The notes under the pieces: generated by a model
Databases searched by the model: none
What the model was told of the DNA's origin: nothing
Seen by the model: only the letters and a program-made list of their open reading frames with translations
Shown here: positions 34,978 through 40,997 of the stretch, one piece after another
Layout: every line of letters starts with the position of its first letter
Position numbering within the stretch: the stretch's first letter is position 1
Translations under genes and position numbers: made by a program
Assembly (NCBI GenBank): GCA_035480235.1
Contig: DATIHX010000008.1
Location: 96,104 to 160,103, forward strand
DNA: 64,000 nucleotides
Source of the DNA: Candidatus Saccharimonadales bacterium
GTDB taxonomy: Bacteria; Patescibacteriota; UBA1384; 2-12-FULL-50-11
Direction of reading: 5' to 3'

Positions 34978-35051
34978 TGGCAGGGACGGGGAGAATCGAA
35001 CTCCCAGTTCGGGTTTTGGAGACCCGTGGTTTACCATTAACCGACGTCCCT
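34978..35051 (-). tRNA. tRNA-Trp (CCA)
   Basis: Folded by hand: acceptor AGGGACG/CGTCCCT, anticodon loop CTCCAAA, T-arm GGGAG-TTCGATT-CTCCC, CCA encoded. Confidence 0.92.
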
Positions 35052-35096
35052 AAAGAACTGTTTAATCTTACCAATTGTTGCTCTTTGGGTCGAGGT

Positions 35097-35120
35097 AAGA
35101 AAAAAGGCCCCGAAGGGGCC
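35097..35120 (-). terminator. terminator after the kinase-like gene
   Basis: GGCCCC-GAA-GGGGCC followed on the minus strand by a U-run. Confidence 0.75.
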
Positions 35121-35128
35121 GTGGTAAT

Positions 35129-35701
35129 TCAGCGATAGAATTGGATAACTTCCCAGTTGTCGGTAGCCCAGCACTTCAAAAACTGATGAAGATTAGCCAA
35201 CTCCCCGGTGTTGTTAACGACAACATCCGCCATCGCGATGGGACCGCCAGTCTGAAGGTTCTCCAGCTGGGCGTGATCACGAGCGATAGCATCCTCACGA
35301 GAAAGCGCCCGATCAGGCCGTTTGGCGGCTCGATCATAGCGCAATTCTGGCGGGGCCCAGACGGCCATAACGATCATTTGAGGAAACCTCTCCTTGAGAA
35401 ATAGGTACTCAGCCCAAGAGTAAAGGCCATCAATGACCGTGTCTCCCAACTTGAGTTTCGCCTCAATCTCTTCCAGGTTAAGCAATGCCATTGCCGCCGG
35501 GCCGTGATCCCTGCGGAGCTGTTCGCGAAGCGGTTTCTCATGTTCCTGGGTGTGGGGTAATCCTTTTTCATCAAGAACCCTCAAGACCGTGCCACCGAAA
35601 TAGACCTTCTCAAAACGCATATATTCGACGAGGTACGAGACAACCTCGCCCTTTCCGCTGAAGGGCATCCCTACAACGGCAATCAGACGATTACTTGCCA
35701 T
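35129..35701 (-). CDS. P-loop nucleotide/nucleoside kinase-like protein
   Basis: Walker A VVGMPFSGKGEV, ~190 aa, kinase-sized. Confidence 0.6.
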   Translation of the reverse strand: MASNRLIAVVGMPFSGKGEVVSYLVEYMRFEKVYFGGTVLRVLDEKGLPHTQEHEKPLREQLRRDHGPAAMALLNLEEIEAKLKLGDTVIDGLYSWAEYLFLKERFPQMIVMAVWAPPELRYDRAAKRPDRALSREDAIARDHAQLENLQTGGPIAMADVVVNNTGELANLHQFLKCWATDNWEVIQFYR

Positions 35702-35748
35702 AGCGGAATACTACTTGTTTTCAACCGAGATGTCCAGACCCTCAGGCC

Positions 35749-35913
35749 TTACTTACTCTCTTTGTGAGCGGTGGCTTTTTGGCAACGCTTGCAAAACTTC
35801 ATCAACTCCAGGCGGGTTGGGGTTTTGACTTTGTTTTTCTCACTATAATAGTTCCGTTCTTTGCAGACGGAGCATTCCAGCGTGATGCGTTCGCGGGTGG
35901 ATTTCTTGGCCAT
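35749..35913 (-). CDS. rpmG: 50S ribosomal protein L33 (zinc-binding type)
   Basis: Hand-translated 54 aa, [54 protein letters not shown]. It falls below the ORF-track size cut-off. Confidence 0.9.
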   Translation of the reverse strand: MAKKSTRERITLECSVCKERNYYSEKNKVKTPTRLELMKFCKRCQKATAHKESK

Positions 35914-35969
35914 TTGTTTTTCTAGTTTATCTGAAAAATATTAAACTGTCCAGATTATATTGTTTTTTG

Positions 35970-36041
35970 AGCCGCCCGTGGGAATTGGACCCACGACCCC
36001 TTCCTTACCATGGAAGTGCTCTGCCACTGAGCTAGGGCGGC
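35970..36041 (-). tRNA. tRNA-Thr (GGT)
   Basis: Acceptor GCCGCCC/GGGCGGC and anticodon loop ATGGTAA. The T-loop reads TCCAATT, with C at position 55, which is unusual. Confidence 0.82.
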
Positions 36042-36093
36042 GATTGGCTAACAGAACAATTTTACCAAAAAGTCTACTGAAAAATAAGAGAAG

Positions 36094-36181
36094 GCTGGGG
36101 GTAGGAAGTCGTCGAGTACTCCTCCGGAAACTCGTCCGCGAGTAAGCGACAATACTCGCGAACTCGTTAGCGAACCCCAGC
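36094..36181 (-). other. tRNA-Tyr-derived tRNA-like element or pseudogene
   Basis: It shares the acceptor stem (GCTGGGG/CCCCAGC), the AACGAG D-region and the CCTAC T-stem half with tRNA-Tyr. The interior is replaced by other hairpins. Confidence 0.4.
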
Positions 36182-36205
36182 AAAGCTGACGGTTCGAGCC
36201 TCTAG

Positions 36206-36244
36206 CACACATAAAAGCTCCCGATTTGGGAGCTTTTATGTGTG
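36206..36244. terminator. 17-bp perfect hairpin directly after tRNA-Tyr
   Basis: CACACATAAAAGCTCCC-GATTT-GGGAGCTTTTATGTGTG. Confidence 0.6.
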
Positions 36245-36326
36245 CTGGGGGTAGGATTCGAACCTACGAAGACACAAGGCCAGCAGATTTACAGTCTGCC
36301 CTCGTTGACCGCTTGAGTACCCCAGC
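36243..36326 (-). tRNA. tRNA-Tyr (GTA)
   Basis: Acceptor GCTGGGG/CCCCAGC, anticodon loop CTGTAAA, long variable arm and T-arm GTAGG-TTCGAAT-CCTAC. Confidence 0.92.
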
Positions 36327-36390
36327 AAAAACATAAGGTGCTCACTAATTCTAACAAAAATATGGTTAGAATTCGACAGCGGGCGATAGC

Positions 36391-36981
36391 TTAACGCTTT
36401 TTGGCCAGTAACCAATCTGGCTCTGGAATAAAAGTAATTTCTTTCCAGTTATCGATCTCATGCTCAGTAAAGTCGTAATATTTTTGGTAGGCGGTCTCGA
36501 CGCTACCGTGCATCGCCTCTTGCCAGTTCAACTCAAGCTTCTGAGCTAGCTCTTTTAACTCGCTTTCTGAACTAGCTTCAAGCTCGACAAAAGTTGGGAT
36601 CCACGGCCAGGTATCGATAGTAATCTCACCAGTCCCAAATTTCCATTTTTCCCTTTTAGTTTCTTGATAGGCCTTTTGCTCCAGCCCAATTGCGATTAAC
36701 AAATCGGCGGTCTTTTGAAAATCGCCAACCGTCGTTTCGATTTCCTTAGTGCCGTGCAGCGAGCGGTCATTAAGCTGTTTGTAAGTAAAGGTAATTTTGT
36801 CGCCTTCGTCGCGGACCCGAACCCAACCGCCGATTTTTTCAAGGCGTGAATCTGGATAATCAAAAACGATCCGGCGCATTTGCCGTTCGGAATACTCCAA
36901 TCTTGCTCCAAGTTTTTTAAGCAATTTCCGGAGCTTTTCTGGGTCGATATCTAAAAACTTGGCTTCAACTTCTACTTCCAT
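36391..36981 (-). CDS. CYTH-domain protein (CyaB/thiamine triphosphatase-like)
   Basis: N-terminal EVEVEAKF (ExExK) signature, 196 aa. Confidence 0.8.
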   Translation of the reverse strand: MEVEVEAKFLDIDPEKLRKLLKKLGARLEYSERQMRRIVFDYPDSRLEKIGGWVRVRDEGDKITFTYKQLNDRSLHGTKEIETTVGDFQKTADLLIAIGLEQKAYQETKREKWKFGTGEITIDTWPWIPTFVELEASSESELKELAQKLELNWQEAMHGSVETAYQKYYDFTEHEIDNWKEITFIPEPDWLLAKKR

Positions 36982-36983
36982 CG

Positions 36984-37056
36984 AGCCACCTGTCGGATTT
37001 GAACCGACGACCCGCGCATTACAAATGCGCCGCTCTGGCCGCTGAGCTAAGGTGGC
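36984..37056 (-). tRNA. tRNA-Thr (TGT)
   Basis: Acceptor GCCACCT/AGGTGGC, anticodon loop TTTGTAA and T-arm GTCGG-TTCAAAT-CCGAC. Confidence 0.92.
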
Positions 37057-37149
37057 AAAATCTCAAAATTCTGCGAATTTTGGTGGGAACAAAATACAAA
37101 GATGCGGGATTCACGAACAAGCTATATTTTACCCTAAAAACCGGGAAAC

Positions 37150-37764
37150 TTAACCGTTTAAGAGCTGTTCAAGCAGCGTTCGGTACTTCGGCGTCACCGG
37201 GTCAATCGTGATCGCTTCCCGCACCGACGCGATGGCTTTTTGCTCGTCTTTATTGCCCATATAGGCTAGCGCCAAGTTGTAGTGGCGACTGGGGTTGTAT
37301 TTATCGAGTTTAACGGCCACTTTCAACGACTCGATAGCGTCGGAAAAACTTTTTTGCTGCAAGTAAAGCAGGCCGAGCTTGGCGTAGGCCCGGGCGTCTT
37401 TGGGGTTATTGGCGGCGGCTTTGAGGAAAAATTGCTCGGCTTCGCTGTATTTTTTCTCTTTTAAGAGCCGGTCACCCTCTTCAAAATGGCTGGATAGCTC
37501 TGGTTTGTCGCTCATCGGCTCTTCTTGCCAAAACTGGTGTTCGCCACCCAAGCTGACTGGCACCCCAGTCGGCCGGCCGGAGCGAACCCGTTCGCGCTGG
37601 CGAATTTGGGCGATCGTCCGCGCCCACAAACGGTTGAGCGCCGCCATCACCGCCTGGGCGGACCGGTTGAGTGTTTGGCCGATGGCGCCACCGCTATAGA
37701 GCCGGCGGGCCAGTAAAATAATCACTAGCGCCACCGCCACAAAGAAAATAATCTGGCTAAGCAT
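37150..37764 (-). CDS. membrane-anchored TPR-repeat protein
   Basis: The start is taken at MLSQIIFFVAVALVIILLA. C-terminal TPR-like repeats. Confidence 0.7.
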   Translation of the reverse strand: MLSQIIFFVAVALVIILLARRLYSGGAIGQTLNRSAQAVMAALNRLWARTIAQIRQRERVRSGRPTGVPVSLGGEHQFWQEEPMSDKPELSSHFEEGDRLLKEKKYSEAEQFFLKAAANNPKDARAYAKLGLLYLQQKSFSDAIESLKVAVKLDKYNPSRHYNLALAYMGNKDEQKAIASVREAITIDPVTPKYRTLLEQLLNG

Positions 37765-38374
37765 TCTTCTTGTTTTTACTCTGATTAGCCGGCCGCTGCA
37801 AGAGGAACCGGTCGATAACCAGTTTTTGGTTGCAGTTGTGCTCCAGGCGGGTAACGGCTGCTTCCAGGGCCGACAAGCAGTTGCCGTCGGCCAACTCCCC
37901 AAACTGGTCTAGTTGGTAGTGCAGCTCCCGCCGAAACAGCTCAATCAGCCCGGTCCGGTCTTTAGCGCTTTGTAAAATTTTCAGGTCCGCCGAGACCTCG
38001 CCAGTTAACACCGGCTGAAGCTGGGCGGCGGCAGCCTGGCCGATCACCACTTGAAGGCGCGAACGAACGGTGGGCAACAACCCTTCGGCCGAGCGGACTT
38101 CCAGGATGATGGTTAAGGCCGGTGGTGGTTCTTCCAAAACTTTTAGGAGCGTATTTTGGTGGATGACGCTCAAGGCTTCGGCGTTTTTGATAAGCGCTAA
38201 GCGTTGCGCACCATGCGGGCGCTGGTAAAAGGTGGCGATTAGTTGGCGGAGCGTTTTCACTTCCAGACCCCCGGCGTTTACCGTCAACCGGTCGACTGGC
38301 AACACATCGGTTAGCGCCGCTTCGTCGAGCTGGCCGACTACCACATACGACCGGCCGGGCAGGAAATTTGGCAT
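37757..38374 (-). CDS. holB: DNA polymerase III delta-prime-like subunit (short form)
   Basis: LLKVLEEPPP and PTVRSRLQ motifs. The N-terminal P-loop region is lacking. Confidence 0.75.
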   Translation of the reverse strand: MPNFLPGRSYVVVGQLDEAALTDVLPVDRLTVNAGGLEVKTLRQLIATFYQRPHGAQRLALIKNAEALSVIHQNTLLKVLEEPPPALTIILEVRSAEGLLPTVRSRLQVVIGQAAAAQLQPVLTGEVSADLKILQSAKDRTGLIELFRRELHYQLDQFGELADGNCLSALEAAVTRLEHNCNQKLVIDRFLLQRPANQSKNKKNA

Positions 38375-38428
38375 GAAGGCATTGTAGCGCAAGCGCGGCG
38401 CCGAGCAAGAAAGGGGCTTGCGCAATCT

Positions 38429-38457
38429 TTGACGGCTAGGGCGGCGTTTGGTATCAT
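38429..38457 (+). promoter_or_regulatory. promoter giving a leaderless or near-leaderless transcript
   Basis: TTGACG, 17 nt, TATCAT. The ATG lies 8 nt after the -10. Confidence 0.6.
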
Positions 38458-38465
38458 ATACCTAC

Positions 38466-38750
38466 ATGCCTTTTGAAGACAAAACCCTCAAGTGCAAAGA
38501 GTGCGGCCAAGATTTTATATGGACGGCCGGCGAGCAGCAATTTTTTGCCGACAAAGGTTTTACTAATAAGCCGACCCGCTGCAAAGACTGCCGCAAGATG
38601 AACCGCCAAAAAGTGGAAGCGGAATACTACAAAATTACCTGTTCTGATTGCGGCCAGATCGGCGAGGCGATGTTTAAGCCGAAAGATCCAGATGCCAAGA
38701 TTTATTGCAAAAACTGCTTCGAAACCCGCTTTTTGACGAAGGCAGCCTAG
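38466..38750 (+). CDS. double zinc-ribbon protein
   Basis: CKECG...CKDC and CSDCG...CKNC. Confidence 0.75.
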   Translation: MPFEDKTLKCKECGQDFIWTAGEQQFFADKGFTNKPTRCKDCRKMNRQKVEAEYYKITCSDCGQIGEAMFKPKDPDAKIYCKNCFETRFLTKAA

Positions 38751-38780
38751 GCTGCAGAACTATTTTTTATTTACTGTCTT

Positions 38781-38971
38781 ATGTGGCTAGCGCCACTGAC
38801 TATTATTTGAGGGTGAGGGGGCTAATTTGCTAAGCCGCCCCCTACACCCTCAAACTCCCTACCCCCGCAAGCTTCCTTTGCGGGGCAGTGGTGCAAGCTG
38901 ATGGCTGTCAACCGGCAACTGGCACTGTTTCCTCCATCAGCTTGAAGAACTATTTTATCGGCGGCAAAAAA
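38781..38971 (+). ncRNA. structured intergenic repeat family, copy C
   Basis: See findings. Confidence 0.6.
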
Positions 38972-38984
38972 TTGGGGAAAAGCA

Positions 38985-39013
38985 TTGACAATTAGTTCGA
39001 AATATGCTATAGT
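38985..39013 (+). promoter_or_regulatory. consensus extended -10 promoter
   Basis: TTGACA, 17 nt, (TGC)TATAGT. Confidence 0.72.
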
Positions 39014-39037
39014 TTCTCGGTGTGACGCAACACAAAT

Positions 39038-39295
39038 ATGATTATGCGCACACCACTAAACGGCCTTCGGCCGCCAACAGCATTGCCGCAAGGCATTACT
39101 ATCGTCAACGTTCAGGTACTTTGGGCGACGGGAATACCTGTCTTTGTAAGCCTACCAGCTGGTGTTGAACTAGCTAGTCAGGACTTCATTGGTGGTGTTA
39201 TCCGTTTACCTAAAGGCTCTTACTACTGGAGCTGGCAACTTACCATCTGGGTAGAGTGTCTAACCGAAGTAGTCAGGAGCGGCACTTGGATATGA
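39038..39295 (+). CDS. hypothetical small protein
   Basis: 85-aa ORF lying between a consensus promoter and a terminator. Confidence 0.6.
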   Translation: MIMRTPLNGLRPPTALPQGITIVNVQVLWATGIPVFVSLPAGVELASQDFIGGVIRLPKGSYYWSWQLTIWVECLTEVVRSGTWI

Positions 39296-39299
39296 ATTC

Positions 39300-39328
39300 T
39301 TTGCTCGCCTTCCCAGGCGAGCTTTTTC
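39300..39328. terminator. bidirectional terminator
   Basis: GCTCGCC-TTCCCAG-GCGAGC followed by T5. Confidence 0.75.
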
Positions 39329-39562
39329 TTACGCGGATTTGGCGGGAGTTGAAGTAGCGGCAGCGGGGACGCGGGCGGTTTTGGAGTTCAGGCCGGCGGC
39401 TTTGAGAGTCCGGCGGCAACGGGAACAGATATACAAACCGTTCCACTTTTGAAGGTTTGGCCGCATCAGCCGCTTGGTTTTATGCAGCGACTTGGGGCGG
39501 TTGTTGGCGGATACGGCAGTTTTACCGCAGAGCGCACAAAATGTATTTTTCGAAACTTCCAT
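39329..39562 (-). CDS. rpmB: 50S ribosomal protein L28
   Basis: CALCGK...NNRPKSLHKTKRLMRPNLQ pattern. Confidence 0.88.
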   Translation of the reverse strand: MEVSKNTFCALCGKTAVSANNRPKSLHKTKRLMRPNLQKWNGLYICSRCRRTLKAAGLNSKTARVPAAATSTPAKSA

Positions 39563-39634
39563 TTTATGAAGCCTCGGCGGAATAAAAGAAAGATAACAAT
39601 TTCATCTGGTACGTCCCATGATATACTAAACCGG

Positions 39635-40270
39635 ATGTCTCTTCAAGCGCTCGGCCCGAGTTTATTGCAGGCCGTTATCCTTATTGTCATCTTACTTTTC
39701 AGCTTATCGGTTCACGAAGCGGCCCACGGCGCGGTGGCTTATTTATTTGGCGACGACACCGCCAAACGGTTTGGCCGGTTAACGCTTAACCCGCTGGCTC
39801 ACTGGGACCGCGTTGGGACGACGTTACTCGCGGGGCTGATTTTACTCAACGCTTTCGGCATCGCCGTGCCGGTGATCGGCTGGGGCAAACCAGTGCCGGT
39901 GGACGAAAGCAAAATGGACAATCCCCGCTTCCAGGGCCTGCAAGTGGCGTTAGCCGGCCCGATGAGCAACTTTATTTTAGCGGCGATCATCGCCTTAATC
40001 GCCCGTTTCATCCCGATGCCAGCTTGGCTCAGCAGCGCGTTGGCTTTAGCGGTTTTTATTAATTTATTCCTAATGTTTTTCAACCTGCTGCCGATCCCGC
40101 CGCTCGACGGCTCGCGGATTTTGCGGCTTTTTATCAGCGACGAGGCCTACTACCGCCTCGCCTCCAACCCTATTCTTTTCTTCGTTATTTTCTTTGTAGT
40201 GATTTACTACTTGGCCGCGCCGCTCCAAACCCTCACTAGCCATTTGGCCGGCTTTCTACTGGGCGGGTAA
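39635..40270 (+). CDS. site-2 protease family (M50) membrane metalloprotease
   Basis: HEAAHG motif and multi-TM. The start is taken at the ATG 7 nt after TATACT. Confidence 0.8.
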   Translation: MSLQALGPSLLQAVILIVILLFSLSVHEAAHGAVAYLFGDDTAKRFGRLTLNPLAHWDRVGTTLLAGLILLNAFGIAVPVIGWGKPVPVDESKMDNPRFQGLQVALAGPMSNFILAAIIALIARFIPMPAWLSSALALAVFINLFLMFFNLLPIPPLDGSRILRLFISDEAYYRLASNPILFFVIFFVVIYYLAAPLQTLTSHLAGFLLGG

Positions 40271-40287
40271 TAATAATTGTGGTTTGA

Positions 40288-40419
40288 CCAGAAAACAATT
40301 TTTGCTGACTTACGCAGCCGATTTGCTTGGTTCCGAGGTTACTGCCGAGGAAAATCGGCGAGGAATTAAGTGAGGAGCCGCTGGAAGCGACGAGCGGTCG
40401 AGGAAATTCGGTTTTCTGG
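40288..40419 (+). ncRNA. 132-nt closed multi-helix domain in an ORF-free region (unclassified; strand uncertain)
   Basis: CCAGAAAAC/GTTTTCTGG closing helix, GCCGATTT/AAATCGGC and CCGCT/AGCGG. Confidence 0.35.
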
Positions 40420-40701
40420 CCTAGGCACCGCCTTTTTCGCTTCCCTCCATTGAGCTGACAACCAAAATCCCCTATTCTAAACTCTGCTTCGCTGCTGATT
40501 TTACGAAGTGGCTCGTAATAATTTCACCGGGAATCTGCCCGTTGGGCGGCGCTCTGTTTTACTCGGCGTCGATCGGCCATAGCCTTGGCTAAGACCAGAG
40601 GATTCCGTTCTTCCCAGTATTGCTTGGTTGGGATTCGTCTCGATTTGGCATTTTGGGGCCAAGAAAATCGGTGCCACTTCGTTACTCGGTAGCGGAGCTT
40701 G

Positions 40702-40947
40702 CGGAGTGTGGCGCAGTTGGGCCGAAGCGGTAATGAGAAGCAAACTGCTTTGCTTCGAATCGCTGAGGCGGGTTTTGGCCTGTCGCATACTTGCGACGAC
40801 AAAACCCCGGAAGCGCGCAAAGCATTTTGGTCAGGCCATAGCGCAGTTGGTAGCGCGTCGGGCTGGGGGTCCGAAGGTCGTGAGTTCAAATCTCACTGGC
40901 CTGACCAAGATGCTTTGAGGTCGCTGGTTCAAATCCAGTCACTCCGA
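40702..40947 (+). other. tRNA-shaped scaffold whose helices bracket tRNA-Pro (nested or disrupted tRNA)
   Basis: Acceptor 40702-40708/40940-40946, D-stem 40711-40714/40813-40816, 8-bp helix 40818-40825/40910-40917 and T-arm 40923-40939. Confidence 0.45.
40832..40907 (+). tRNA. tRNA-Pro (GGG)
   Basis: C1-G72 acceptor CAGGCCA/TGGCCTG, anticodon loop CTGGGGG, T-arm GTGAG-TTCAAAT-CTCAC, CCA encoded. Confidence 0.92.
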
Positions 40948-40997
40948 CAGAAGAGTTGCCCTTCAAGAGCAAAACGGTGTATACGTAAAGGAAGGTA

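Noticed and set aside
38895-38910. CTGATGG in repeat copy C, and TGATGAG with GAAAGTC near 54905-54930, as hammerhead ribozyme cores
   Set aside because: The motif is not conserved in the other copies (CCTCCGG instead). In the 54.9-kb case GAAA is directly followed by GTC with no helix III, so the three-helix core cannot form.
40380-40440. GAGGAAATTCGG resembling the RNase P RNA CR-I box (GAGGAAAGTCCGGGC); a similar GAAAGTCTGGGAG lies at 54900
   Set aside because: No matching CR-V/P4 partner (ACAGAA.CCGGCTTA-like) and no other conserved RNase P regions were found on either strand. At 40411-40419 the adjoining GTTTTCTGG segment pairs with an upstream, not a downstream, segment. The 54.9-kb interval is too short.
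40702-40947. tmRNA interpretation of the tRNA-like scaffold, and a possible tag ORF ...EPSKSAA* on the minus strand near 40300
   Set aside because: The acceptor lacks the G3-U70 alanine identity pair. No resume-codon and pseudoknot layout is present. The candidate tag is on the opposite strand and has no T-arm nearby. A complete tRNA-Pro sits inside the scaffold.
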